A DNA stretch of 64,000 bases from Mantamonas sphyraenae STR306 (Eukaryota > Protista > CRuMs). The position numbers were made by a program, and so were the translations under genes. The stretch lies in NCBI GenBank assembly GCA_026936335.1, contig JAPMXV010000044.1, positions 248,001 through 312,000 on the forward strand, written 5' to 3'. The notes beneath the pieces are model-generated. The model had not been told where the DNA came from. It was given only the letters and a program-made list of their open reading frames with translations, and did not search any database. This document shows positions 25,472 to 37,634 of this stretch, one piece after another (within the stretch, counting starts at the first letter, position 1; every line of letters begins with the position of its first letter).

Positions 25472-25656
25472 GCAGCAGCTCGTCGGGCAATGTGCGCATC
25501 CGTGCCATGTATTCACACACTGGCCGCGACGCAAACGAGTTGTCCTTCAACGAGGGCGATGTCATGTCCGGTGTGCGTCTTGACAACGACTGGTTCGAAG
25601 CCACGCTTCGAGGCAAGAAAGGGTTGGTTCCTGCAACGTACGTGAAGCAAATGTAA
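19163..25656 (+). CDS. Leishmanolysin/GP63 (M8) metalloprotease with 7x(EGF-IPT/TIG), disintegrin-like domain, Cys-rich repeats, EGF, TM and 2x SH3; intron 19545-19665; frame break at ~23996-23999
   Basis: Signal, pro-region CLHD, HEVSHVLGF, LEDAGSSGSAGSHWDKR, ADYCP. Repeats CPGGGNCN..G.C..GVCTC..DWTG.GC followed by IPT. CGDTIVDAPEDCD..VCRASVGECDVADNCTG; TM; ARVLYDFEA..W..GSVPTNY and RAMYSH..ELSF..W..GLVPATYV. Confidence 0.9.
20979..23640 (+). repeat. Coding tandem array, 381-bp unit x7 (first four nearly identical)
   Basis: Unit starts at ~20979, 21360, 21741, 22122, 22503, 22884, 23268. Confidence 0.95.
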
Positions 25657-25664
25657 GAGATCTT

Positions 25665-26696
25665 TCATTCTGGCAGCAAACCGTCAATCCACCGCGCCAT
25701 CCACTCAAACGTAGCAATGGTGATAGCTGTGTTGGGGGCGATCCAGAACATACTGCGCACGAGGGAGCCTCGCATGAGACCTGCGAGTCCCTCTTCTCGT
25801 GCGATGCGCACCAGCGCCTGCGAAGGAGACGAGTATTGAAAATTGTGTCCATGTTCGCTTTGGACCTGGTATCGAGTCTTGGCAATGTCCAGGGGATTGG
25901 TGGCAGCGCCTGCAAGCGACCCGGCTGCGTACCCACATCCCAAGTTGCCCCAGAAGGGCAGATTCTGTGCATCTGCGTCCATCATGCGAGCCAACATCAG
26001 CTTTGCGTGCTCGTAGGTGGCAAAGTAGACGCCTGCAAAGGGTCCGTAGACAGCCACGCCCATCCAGAAGCCCTTGAACAGTGTGCCTATCCCCTCCTGT
26101 CGCACAATGGTCGTGGCTGTGTGCAACGAGCCACGGTACACCACATTGCCCGATGGATTCATGTCCTGCACTTGCAGGCGGCCCTTGATGACGTCCATGG
26201 GCACCCAAAGGCTGGCACCGGCCACCTCGGCCACGAAGCCAGCGATCATCTGTGCGGCAGCTGTGGATTCGCCGCCATTTGCATCAGCAAAGTGCTGCTT
26301 GAGTGAACGGTACACTCCAAAGTAGAGACCGTGCGCAGGACCAGTCAGCATGGCCACTGGGAGAATGCGGGGCGATTCGGAGTCAGCACGGATTTCGTCG
26401 CATTTTCACCGTGTCTCGCTACGTCCACAGGCGCAACGGGCGGGTGTGCAATCGGTACGCTCAAACCCACCTGCCCCAAAACCCCGGTACAAGCCGCGGA
26501 TGCCATTGTCACGCATCACCTTGGCCAAGAGGTTGCCGACACCGAGCGACTTTTCGCCGCCGCGTTGCATCATGATCTGCGCCCGCAATGTGTCCATGGG
26601 GTGAACCACAAGGTCTGCTGTGATTCCTGCGGCACACCCAGCCAAACCCTGCACCAGCACATATCGCTGTGTTTGTACTGGAGCCTGGTTCTCCAT
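25665..26696 (-). CDS. Mitochondrial carrier (SLC25; mitoferrin/SLC25A44-like), one intron
   Basis: Three carrier signatures PMDTLRAQ, PMDVIKGRLQ, PLDIAKTRYQ; GPAHGLYF. Confidence 0.9.
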
Positions 26697-26794
26697 TGCT
26701 GCGCGTGAGTGTGTGCGGGCTGTGTGTTGTGCTGGCATGGTGGGGGCAAACAGGGCCAATCAATCGAATTCAAGTGCACGCCAATCAAATGGCT

Positions 26795-26833
26795 TCATTC
26801 CTCCACGCGCTGGCGCTTGCTGTGCCTACCCGA

Positions 26834-26865
<32 letters not shown>

Positions 26866-27484
26866 TGTGGTCGTCGTCGTCGTGAGAGATGGGACGGGAG
26901 ACACGCTTGCCGCCGACAAGGACGACTGCCTGGCCAGTGAGATACATGTTTGTCAGGGCGTGGTACTCTTCTGCGTTCTGCTGGATGGCCTCGATCATCT
27001 TTGGGTCGGTGCGGATGACCTTGCCCGGAACGCCGACCACAAGGCTATGCTCGGGCACGACGCAGTTCTCCTTGACCAGCGCCCCTGCGCCAATGATGGA
27101 GCCGCGGCCGATGTTGGCTCGGTTGAGAATGGTTGCAGACATACCCACGAGCACGTCGTCTTCAATGGTGCAGCCGTGGACAACTGCACTGTGGCCAATC
27201 GTCACGTTGCGACCCACGCGTACGCCACAGTCGTGGTCCACGTGCACCACCGCACAGTCCTGCACGTTGCTACCCACGCCAATCTCAATCGGCGCCAGAT
27301 CGGCCCGCAGCACGGCCCCAGGCCACACCGACGCGCCCGCCTCCAGCCTCACTGCTCCCACAAGCACACTCCCAGGCGCCAGGTAGGCGCTCTCGTCCAC
27401 CTGAGGCTCCGCGCTCACAAATTCATTGCTCACGTGTTCCACGCCACTTTCTTTGGTGCTGTCGTTGCTACTGCTGCTGCTCAT
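26795..27484 (-). CDS. Gamma-carbonic-anhydrase-like hexapeptide protein (YrdA/PaaY/CaiE family), paralog 1
   Basis: SVWPGAVLRAD, SNVQD..VVH, TIGHSAVVHGC, GVPGK. Three Zn-ligand His present; intronless. Confidence 0.9.
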
Positions 27485-27647
27485 GACAAGAGGTTGACCA
27501 AAATTGTTTGTCGCTGCTGGCGCGCATTGGGGGGCGGGGGTTGGATGCCAAAGTGCATGCAGTGGGGATTGAAGCCGTTGTTGTGACCTGAAGGGATGTG
27601 GATGGGCAACGGGGGGGGGGGGTGGTTATGCCCTTGTGGATCAGGCG

Positions 27648-28208
27648 TCACAGTTTGGCCTGCAGCTTTTTGCCACCCAGGAGCACCTTTGCTTTGCCCT
27701 CACGAAACAGTTTGGCCAGCACAACGTACTCCATGGCGTTGAGACGCACAGGCATGGCCATGGACTCGTCTGTGCGCACCACCTTTGCCGGAACGCCCGC
27801 CACGAGGGAGTTTGGGGGCACTTCGGTTCCTTCCTTGACGACAGCCCCTGCAGCGACAATGGACCCGCTTCCAATGACGCTGTTGCTGAGGATGACTGAC
27901 CCCATGCCAATGAGCACGTCGTCACCCACCTCGCAGGCATGGACAATGGCACCGTGGCCCACAGTGACGTTCTCACCCAACGTCACAGGGTTGCCTGGAT
28001 CCACGTGGACGATGGCCCCATCCTGAATGTTGCTTCCCTTTCCCACATGGATGGAACACTGATCGGCACGCAGAACCGCCCCAGGCCACACCGAGGTGTC
28101 CTGCTCCAGGGTCACGTTTCCGATCACCACGCTTCCGGGCGCCAGAAACGCACTCTTGTGCACCTGCGGCTCCTTGCTCATGTGAAACTCATACTCTTCA
28201 TCCTGCAT
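27648..28208 (-). CDS. Gamma-carbonic-anhydrase-like protein, paralog 2 (C-terminal AKL)
   Basis: SVWPGAVLRAD, SNIQDGAIVH, TVGHGAIVHAC, GVPAK; intronless. Confidence 0.9.
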   Translation of the reverse strand: MQDEEYEFHMSKEPQVHKSAFLAPGSVVIGNVTLEQDTSVWPGAVLRADQCSIHVGKGSNIQDGAIVHVDPGNPVTLGENVTVGHGAIVHACEVGDDVLIGMGSVILSNSVIGSGSIVAAGAVVKEGTEVPPNSLVAGVPAKVVRTDESMAMPVRLNAMEYVVLAKLFREGKAKVLLGGKKLQAKL

Positions 28209-28310
28209 GACTCTGCCGCCACCGTGTCTCTCCAGTGCAAAATGGGGTGTGGTGGCGACGGCGCTCCAACCGAACCAACCTCCCCCACCCCCCCCCCCAC
28301 ACTCCACACC

Positions 28311-30312
28311 ATGTCTGGCACCGGTCGCAGACCTCGTCACCACCGACAAAACAGGACGGGCACAACGACCGGACGGAGCGCAGGGAGCAACACCACGGCC
28401 AGGATCCAGGCGGCCGCTTCTTCAGGAAGCGGCACCGTGGGAAGACGCACACAGCAGGCGTCGGTGGCCTCGCAGAACAGGAAGCAGAAGGAGTTGCAGT
28501 TGAAGCAGAGGAGCGAGAAGAAGGGTGGCGGGGCCGGCGGTAGCACGCGAAGCAAGCCCAGAAAGAGCGAGGTGGAGCTGGAGGAAATCAGCCCGGCCGC
28601 CTCGGCAGCTGGCAACGCCCAGGCTTTGAAAGACCTCGGCGTGTCTTCTTCCTCCCTGCGTGGCAACAGCAAGGACAAGGGCAGCGTCAAGCGAGGCACC
28701 AAACAGTCCAATCTGGCCGACGGGGGCGGCAAGAAGAAACTGCCCCCGCCACCCACCCCTCCGCACGCCAAGGGCAAGGCCGTCTCTGCAGAGGGCGCCA
28801 TGCCTGATTTTGCCTACCAGCCCCGTGAGGTGCGTGTGTGTGTGTGTGTGTGTGTGTGCGAGAAAGAGAGAGGGAGGATGTGTGTGTCCCTCTGTGTGTG
28901 TGTGTGTGTGAACCCCGTTTCTTCGGCCAGGTCCAGAGATTTCCACTGTCCCAAATCGCTGACCCGTCGTCCCGCGTACCCGCACAGCGCCAATCTGAAA
29001 GCAACGAGTCTGGTGGCGCAGGCAACTTCCTTGCCAAGCTGTTCCTCTACGATGAAGACATGGAGGAGGCTATGGTGTCGTCCTACGAGCTGCTGGTGCG
29101 TTAACTTGCCTTTCCACCGCGCGCGTTTCTTGTCCTCCGAAACGGACGAAGCGCGTCGCTTGGCACGGTCCGTGCTCCGCCCCATTGCATCCACCCATCA
29201 CTCACTCCACCATCACCGTCACCGCCACCCCTTGCCCACATCCCATGCAACGGTCACAGGACAACGACGTGTTCTTCACCTCGTACGACTCGGGCGTGCC
29301 TGTGATTGCAGGACGCAGCGACGACCCCGAGTTTATGGGCCAGTTTGGCGGCGCCAAGAAGAACCTGACCAAGGAGGAGAAGAAGGAGGCGCGGCGTACA
29401 CTCAAGAACCTGGCAGCGGCGGAAATGGCGGCCATTGCAGCCGCGGCAGCCGCGGGGCTGGACGAGGACGACGAGGTCAAGGAGGCGGCCAAGGCCAGGT
29501 TGCGAGTCAAGACCATTGGCAGCAAGCGACCCTGGTTCATCATCATTATCAGCATTATCGACATCCTCCTCTTCCTCCTGACGCTGTATCTGAACAACGG
29601 CATCGAACCCATGACGGTGAACCCGATGATCGGCCCGTCGGCCAAGGTCCTTGTGGACATGGGGGCCAAGTTCAATCCGTTGATCCGCGCCGGCGAGTTT
29701 TGGCGTTTTGCCACGCCGATGTTCCTCCACGTGGGAGTCATCCACATCTGTATGAACCTGATGTTCCAGTGGGCCGTGGGCAAGGAGTTGGAGTGCTTCT
29801 ATGGCCCCTGGCCCATCATCAAGATCTACCTCGTGTCCGGTGTGGGTGGCAACATCATGAGTTCCATCTTTTTGCCCCATCAAATCTCGGTGGGTGCCTC
29901 ATCCTCCCTTTACGGCTTCTACGGCGTCAAGATTGTCGATCTCGTGCAGAACTGGACGCGCATCAAGCATCCGCTGCGTGTCACGGCCGACCTGGCCTTT
30001 AACATCATCCTGTCGCTGATCATGGGCATGCTTCCTGCCATTGACAACTTTGCGCACGTGGGTGGCATGCTGACCGGCATGATTGCCGCCGTCGTCTGGC
30101 TGCCCAAGCTCGGCAAGAGCAAGGGGCTCAGTGCCAAGTTTAAGCGCATTACAGCTGTGGTGGCCTTTATTGGGCTCATTGCCCTCCTCGGCATCGGCCT
30201 TCTTATCTTTTACAGCTCCGAGAGCTTCGATTGTCCCGAGTGCGAGTACATCAACTGCATCAATCTTCCCGGCCTGCAATGGTGCAACTACAGCGACAAC
30301 CTGTTTGAGTGA
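28311..30312 (+). CDS. Rhomboid intramembrane serine protease; exons 28311-28829, 28988-~29096, 29260-30312
   Basis: NPMIGPS, WRFATPMFLHVG.IH..N, catalytic SVGASSSLYG and DNFAHVGG, C-terminal CPECEYINC. Confidence 0.92.
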
Positions 30313-30394
30313 AGACGAGTACTGTGTGGATGCGTGCGTGCGTGCGTGACAATGCATGTGTTGAATATCATCATCTTTTCTGCTTTCATTGCGC

Positions 30395-32011
30395 TCAAAT
30401 TGCTTCGTAGCCTCGTCGTTGCGCCACCCGGTCGAAATCCAGGATGGACACGCAACTGAGAAGCATGAGAGCGCCCGAGATGATGACAGGCACTTGAAAG
30501 CCGCCAACAAGTTCGGCAATGACGCCCATCAGTGGAGGCCCTGCCACTGTGCCCGGCACCTCAAACACGTAAAAGGTGCCGATGGTGGTGCCCAGCGTCT
30601 CGACGGGGAAGTTCTCTGCAATCATGGCGGGCACCGTGGCGTAGTAGGCGCCGGAAAACATGCCGTATGCAGTGGCAAACCCAGCCAGCATCCAAAAGCT
30701 GGACATGCCAAAGCCCCAGAGGCCGATGGTCGCAGCACCCATCACAAGAAGGGAAAGAATCATGGTGCGTGTGGATCCCAGGACCTTGTCGCTCAGGTAT
30801 CCCAGCACAATGCGGCCGAAAATGCTGGCCACTCCCATGATGCCGATGAGGAGGCTCGCGTCGCTCTCGGGAACGCCACCCTCCTGTGCAGAACTCTCCA
30901 AAAATACAAAGGGCACAAAATAGCCAATGGAGACAATGAGCTCCATAAAGGCCAGGCGCACAAAGAGAGGGTCACGAAAGATGCCCAGATCAAAGAGGGG
31001 TTCGCGAACGGGAGCGTCGCCGCGCAGCCTTCGCTGCTCCTTGAGCATGGCCGTGGTGCGGGAGGGTTGGTACACAGCTGTGGTTGCAAGAAGCATGGCG
31101 GTACTGATGGCAGCCAACATGAGCAGCGTGGTGCGCACGTCATCCTTGTAGGTGTTGAGGCAAAATTCGATGATGCGGGAGAACACCACCATGCCGAATC
31201 CAACCCCGGCCACAGACAGACCCATGGCAATGCCTCGGTGGCGCTTAAAGTATTGGTTGACCAGCGAGAGACCAGGGCAATAGGCCAGACTGAAGCCGCA
31301 GCCTGTGACGCCGCCGAGGAAAAACACGAGCTGCCAGTAGTTTTGGGCATAGGCCCCACCCACAATACCACCCCCGACGAGGACAGTGCCCAGGAACACG
31401 ACGAGACGCGATCCATATGCGTCTGCGAGACTGCGATTGGGGTCAGCGGGCGGGCAACACGTTTTCGGGTCCCGGGAAAGTTCCCAGGCGGGCGCACGGG
31501 GGACACTTGGGGCTCGCGTCCACAACGAGTTCCCCAATCGCGGAAAGGATGTGCATGTACGGCGCACGGCTATGACAAGCATGTGATTGCAGTGATGTGT
31601 GGGGACAACTCACCGGCCTGCGAGCGGGCACAAGGCGGCCTGGAGGGAGGCCTGAAGGGAGCCCACAAGAGCAAGATCGGCCAAAGACGCCTCAGGGAAT
31701 GCAGCCTGCAAGGGAAGAAGCAGGCTGCCAAAGCTGTTGACGATACCACCGCTGACCATGTGGGCAACCATGCATCCGAAGCAGACGAGCCAAGCTCGCA
31801 CGCTGACATCCACCTCGCCATCGAGGAGGGGATCGACGACAATCAAACCTCCCTTTTTGGCCATGGCCTGAGCACCTCCAGCTTGGCTGGAAGCAACCTC
31901 TGCATCGGTGCGAACGGGTGCAGGGACGCTTGTGGCCTGGGGCACAGACGAATGTGCTGGCACACGGACGTTTTGGACAAGTGATTGCCGCTGAGGGTCG
32001 ACGACACCCAT
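30395..32011 (-). CDS. MFS monocarboxylate transporter (SLC16/MCH-like); intron 31613-31431
   Basis: AWLVCFG..GIVNSFG; spliced GRLADAYGSR; QYFKRHRGIAMG; GRIVLGYLSD; about 12 TM. Confidence 0.9.
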
Positions 32012-32134
32012 GGAAACACAGTTCGGTTCTGGTTGGCGGGACCGGGGCCCGAGCAGCAGGTCTGGTCTTCCCTGAGGGAGCCCCTCTGCGCCTGCGCTCC
32101 CCAATCCAAACCTGCTTCCCTGCGACGAGCAACC

Positions 32135-33086
32135 ATGCGTCGCGATGTGATGATCCTGCTCTTGATTGTTGTCATTGGGTTGGTGTCTGTGGTGACGATG
32201 CACATGCAGGTGGGAACGACACAGGTGAGACGCAAGAGTGGCGAGGTGCTCTCCCTGCCCAATTGGTCCTCGTTGCCCTTTGTGCGCTCTGCAGACGAAA
32301 AAGACGGCGGTGGAGACACACACGAGGACGAATGGGACGATGTGAACTCAAAGGATGACGACCATGACGGGTCTGGACGTGACAACGACGGCGTGCTGCG
32401 TGCGTTTCGCCTGAAACACTTCAAGTCGGTGGCGTTTGTGACACACATGCAAAAGGACGACGAGGCCACCGGCGTTGTGAACCTCATTGGGGCCACTCAC
32501 CGTTTCCACCACTCGGCCACGGTACACGTGTACGTGGGCGACGCGGTGAGCGACGCGGCGCGGCAAGAGGTAGCCAACGCAGGCCACGCACAGCTGTTTG
32601 ACGTGGCCAAGCTGCGCTTTGGCTCCACAGCAAAGGAGGCAAACAACGCACCACTGAAGGGCGACCATGACGACGACGATGAGGACAACGAAGACGAGCG
32701 CGTGCACATGGTGCCTGCGTCCAAACTGCTGGCCGCCATGGAAAACGATGGCGCCCCACCTGCATGGTTGCTGATGTACCACGCCATGGATAAACACGCC
32801 ACCGCTGTGTTTGTGCCTCCTGACATGACTTTGCTCAAGCGTGTGCTGCCGCTGCTGCGTGCAGTGCGAAAACACGGCGCGCTGAAGTGGAGCCCCGAAA
32901 GCGCGAGCGACACGGGTACAGGCTGCACAGGCCACTTTATGGCCATGCACATTCGCTCCAAACACTTCCTGAAACTGTATCAATACGTACAATGCCTGGC
33001 AGATGGCAAAGAAGGAGCATGCAAGCGTACGTTGCAAGTTTTCCTCTGGCCTTGGCCTTCGCTCAAACCCCCTGACACACTTTCCC

Positions 33087-33119
<33 letters not shown>

Positions 33120-34313
33120 ACAGAAACCGAGGGGATGGCGTGTGAAATGGCCGGGGAGGATGTGATGGATGGGTACGTGACAGCCATTGCGGACATGGAC
33201 AAGGGGGATTGGGAGGAGCTGCGTGCAGTGAACGCAGAGTACAGCAGCCACCACGGGCGCAAGGGAGCGTCTGGGGGCAAGAAGGAAGGAAAGGAGGAGG
33301 GAGCGAAGGATGTCAACGGGGACGCAAAGGACAATGGGAAGGAGGGACAGCGCAAGGTGGCTGATTGGGTGCAGCGAGCACATGACGAGGACAAGACGGT
33401 GATTGCGCTGTTGGTGGCGTCGATCAGCAAGGGGTACACCAACGTGGACTCGCTGCCACTGTTCAAAGACTTGCTGCCAAGCATGACCAAGACGGTGACG
33501 GAAGAGGAGCGTGGGGCGTTCATGTACGTGATCTATCTCGGGTACGACAAGGGCGACGGTGTGTACGACAATGAGGACAACCTGCGTCGCCTGAGGGAAC
33601 TTGTGGAGGAGCGCAAGGCAGGGATGAACTGCGAGGTGCGCTACCTGCGCGTGGAGGGCATGGAGGGCAAGCCAGTGCATGTGTGGAACGCACTGGCCAA
33701 ACAGGCACACGAGGATGGCTGCGACTACTTTTTCCAGGCCAACGACGACCTGGAAATGATTACACCGGGTTGGACGGGTGCATTTGTGCACCAGCTTCAG
33801 CACAATCCCACCTTTCCCAACTTTGGCATCGTTGGACCCAAGGATGTGCACAATGACAAAACGATCACGCAGGCGTTTGTGCACGGCACACACATGGAGA
33901 TCCACGGGGCGTTGTATCCCGATGTGTTTCAGAACTGGTACTCGGACGATTACTTGACCTGGGTGGTAGGTTGGACGGAGAACGGGAACATCTTGCGCCT
34001 TGGTGCCTTGGTGGCTGACACACACACACACACACACACACAGTATCGCAAGGAAAACACATTCTGGATCCACGAGTACAAGGCACGCAATGTAAACAAA
34101 GGGGGATCAAGGTACACGCCCCACAACGGGGCACCGCTGATGAACGAGCAGCTGGAGTTGGGTTGCAAGCGCATCCAAGAGTTTCTGGGCAAACACCGCA
34201 TCGAGTTTGACTGCACGCCTCAGGTGCACTGGTGGGATCCAGAAGAGGAACGTAATGGCAAGGAGGCGCTGTCGGCAGAGGCGACACGCGCAGCCAAGCA
34301 GCCAAGCAGGTGA
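32135..34313 (+). CDS. Type II membrane glycosyltransferase-like protein (C-terminal GT-A fold), 2 introns
   Basis: N-terminal signal-anchor; IYLGYDKGD, WNALA..A...GCDYFFQANDD, VGP.D, FVH.TH, NWYSDD. Confidence 0.75.
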
Positions 34314-34327
34314 AAAATCAAACCCTT

Positions 34328-35595
34328 TTAAACATACACGGCACTTGCAAAACACTGCTCCCTGCGATCGTGCAAAAACTGGGCCAGGGCACGCACGTGC
34401 TTCTCGATAAGAAGGGTGCGGCTGCCGTCTGTGAGGAGAGGCAGCATGACGAGGAGGCGCAGGAGGTGTTCGGCACCGTAGATGTCGCACATCTGCTCCT
34501 CCCGATCAATAAATAGCCTCGCCTGGTCTCGTTCCATGGGATACAGCAGGTGCTTTGTCAAAAGCGAGTTGAACAACATCAGAAAGTCCTCGCCGACGTG
34601 CCGTACGTCCTCTGCCTCTGACTCTGCGACGGTGCTTGTCGTTTGGGTCTCTGTCCCTCCCTCGGAGACAGTCTCGTTGTGTTCGATGTCATTGCTGCTG
34701 CTACTGCTGCTGCTACTGCTGCTGCTGCTGCTGCTACTGCTATCGGTGGTTGTACTGGACTCGCTGCTCTGGCGCAATCTTGCTTTGCGCACACTGTGTT
34801 CCACGTACCCGTTGACAATGTCTCGCACACTTGGCAGGCGAGGGAGCACCAATTCGTTGCGTTGCTCCGTCACCTGACTCCAATTGTACTCCAGCGCCTT
34901 TTGTAGCTCCAAACTTAGTCCCAGGCGCTTTCTCTTCTCGCGATGCGACGTCTCCTGCACGTATCACGTCCGTGGGTCACATACGAAATTGTCCATAGGC
35001 TGTGTGAGCACATCAAGCATACAGTGAGGGCGTGTGTGAACGGTTGCACAGCCACTTACCTGGTCCACAGTCGGGTTTGTGATCAAGTCTCCAGGTCGCG
35101 TGCGCTTGCGGTGAGCACGCGGACTGCCCATGAGGCGAATGGCCTCTTGTGAATCTGCTACATCTTGCGCCGACGCAGGCGCAGTGATGGACCGCGTCTT
35201 CTTCTTGGTGACCTTTTTCTGCTCCGCCTTGGCCGCCGTTTGTTGGGCTTCGGTTGCCTTTTGCTGGTTTTCCTTCAGCGATTTCATCAGCCGGCCCTCT
35301 TCGTTGTCCTTCAGGATGCGATCCTCGTCAACCCATTCGTCCCATCTAGCATACAAACAGGGGCGAGCGTGTGTGAGCATGTGCAGGGTGTGTACATATG
35401 TGTGTGTGTGTGTCTGCTGCGTGCTTACTTGCTGTTCCAGCCGAGGTAATGGACCCGCAGCTGCACCGTGTCACTATTCTTGCGCTCCCGGATGGAGATG
35501 ACGCGAGCCTCGTAGAGCAGCGGCCCATGGTAGGCCAGCACACGCTCCTCCTTCTCAAAGGAGCTCTTTTCCCATCGAGGGTCGGAGCTGGACAT
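34328..35595 (-). CDS. EAF3: MRG15/EAF3 chromo-barrel + MRG domain protein, 3 exons
   Basis: ERVLAYHGPLLYEARV, VHYLGWNSK|WDEWV, LPRLPSV, LLYPMER.Q, YGAEHLLRLLV.LP. Confidence 0.93.
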
Positions 35596-35673
35596 GATGG
35601 GACTGTCGTCGGACTGCGTCCCGCAGCGCAGCAGAGCGCAGGTCGCCACAGCGAAAAGTCCACGAGTGTGTCC

Positions 35674-37563
35674 ATGAGCAGTGACCCAGCACACCATAGC
35701 GACAGCGACAGCGACAGCGGCGACGAAGTGTTTCTGTCTGCGGATGAGGGAGAAGAGGAGGAAGCGCAGGAGGAAACCAGCCCTGTGGCAGCAGCTTCCG
35801 AGACCACGTCAGCAGCCAAAGACGCGACGGAAAGCGACCCAGAAGCATCCAATGACGTGTCTTCAAGCGTGGATGAAGGCGAGGAGGATGCACAGGAGGA
35901 GACGGGCGAGGAGGAGGGTGTGAAGGACCAGCCGGAAGAGGCCGAAGGGCAGGCAGAGACGGTGGACGTGGAGAACGAAGGGCAGGACGAACAGGCGGAA
36001 ACGCAGAAGGAGGAGGAAATCGAGGCAGAGGCAACGGTAGAGGCCGTGGAGCAGGAGACAGTGTCTGTGGCGCCTGTATTGGGAGGGTGGGGCTCGTGGC
36101 TGCGGGACACGCTGGTGGCGCAGGATGACGACGACGAGGACGTCAAGGACGACGACGACGACCATGAGAAGGAGGAGAACAACAACAACAAGCAGAAGGA
36201 CACTACAGCAACAGGAAAGCAGGCAGGCGACAAAGGAGAGGAGGAAGGGCAAGAGGAAAGTGGGGTAGGAGGCTGGGGTTGGGGTTCCTTTGCTGCAAGC
36301 GTGGGTTTGGACACGCGAGCACTGTCGGAAGTGTCAAACCTTGCCACTTCTGTGGTGGATAGCACACGAAAGATGGGGGAGGAGGCATGGGATGCAGCGA
36401 GCTCGGGCAAGCTGGTGAGCCAAGCGGAACAGCTTGGGATGCAACTGACCACCAAGTCGTTGGATGCCTTGGAGAGCGTGGGCAAATCGGCCATGGGTGT
36501 GATTGCCACGGAGACGACAGACGAAACCACGGGCGTGGCCAGCTACAAACTCAAGCCTCTGCCCATCAACCTGGCCGCCATGCTCGAAGGCGACAGTCTG
36601 AGCAGCAGCCACAGCCACAGCCACAGCCAGGACGACGGCGAGGCACACGGTGATGGTGGCGGCGGTGCGGAGAATGGCACAGGTGGGGAAGGGGCGTCAT
36701 CGTCATCATCGTCCTCCCAAATTGGATTGACTGCAGTGGAGTTTCAGGGAGAGGTGCGCTTCGACGACTATTTTGCCTTTTTGAATGGCGAGGAGGATGT
36801 AAAGGCGCTGGAACAGCTGGGCACGCAGGCGTTGTTGCACACACGCAAGCTATCCCCCAAGGTAACGGTGGCAGACAGGGAGCAGCTGGACGGAGTGCTG
36901 GACGACATCCAGGGTCTTCTCGACGTGGAGGACCAGCTGGAGCAGGAGGAGCAGGAGTTTGAGAGCTGGCAAGAGGTGTGCGAGAGTGTGCACGGACAAC
37001 AGCTACTGCCGATGGTGCAGCAGGGCAAACAGATGGCCGAGGCGATGGCCAAGCAGTGTGTGGAGCATGCTGTGGACGCGGAACTGAGTGCGGCTGACAC
37101 CAGCAAGGTGCTGGAGGAGTTGTGCAAACAGTGCATCCGTGTCAATGTGCAGCTGTGCAAGAGTGTGCTGGACCAGCTGCTGCGTGGTGCACGTGCGGCC
37201 ATGCTCGCACGACCCATGCCCAACTCGCAGCTGGCTTCCGGCCTCAGTGCATCGGAGGTGCACGAAGAGGTGGCCAGTGCCGCTGATGATATTGGCAACA
37301 TGGGCTCCGTTCACATGGCTCGCTTTGTGCGCCATCTGGTGCTCTTTGCCTCCCAGGAGATGGCAGCCACACAGAACGCCTACGACGAGGCCATGCGCTC
37401 CGTGCTCAAGGTCCAGGAGAGCAGCAACGCAGGCGAGCATGTCAACGCCGTGGAGGTCATGAAGGAAGAGGCCGATGCCGCACGCTTTGCTCTCGGCGAC
37501 AACCTCACTCACATCACAAACGTGTGCAAGTTTGCCGCCTTGTTCGACTGCGTGGATGGCTGA
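35674..37563 (+). CDS. FAM114A (DUF719)-like protein
   Basis: Acidic N-terminus, GWGSW/GWGWGS, SLDALESVGKSAM, FDDYF..G...LEQL. Confidence 0.7.
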   Translation: MSSDPAHHSDSDSDSGDEVFLSADEGEEEEAQEETSPVAAASETTSAAKDATESDPEASNDVSSSVDEGEEDAQEETGEEEGVKDQPEEAEGQAETVDVENEGQDEQAETQKEEEIEAEATVEAVEQETVSVAPVLGGWGSWLRDTLVAQDDDDEDVKDDDDDHEKEENNNNKQKDTTATGKQAGDKGEEEGQEESGVGGWGWGSFAASVGLDTRALSEVSNLATSVVDSTRKMGEEAWDAASSGKLVSQAEQLGMQLTTKSLDALESVGKSAMGVIATETTDETTGVASYKLKPLPINLAAMLEGDSLSSSHSHSHSQDDGEAHGDGGGGAENGTGGEGASSSSSSSQIGLTAVEFQGEVRFDDYFAFLNGEEDVKALEQLGTQALLHTRKLSPKVTVADREQLDGVLDDIQGLLDVEDQLEQEEQEFESWQEVCESVHGQQLLPMVQQGKQMAEAMAKQCVEHAVDAELSAADTSKVLEELCKQCIRVNVQLCKSVLDQLLRGARAAMLARPMPNSQLASGLSASEVHEEVASAADDIGNMGSVHMARFVRHLVLFASQEMAATQNAYDEAMRSVLKVQESSNAGEHVNAVEVMKEEADAARFALGDNLTHITNVCKFAALFDCVDG

Positions 37564-37634
37564 TTGATTGAAAGGGAGAGAGGGAGAGAGGGAGAGGGAG
37601 TGCACATGCAATGCATTGTGGATGTCTTGTGCGC

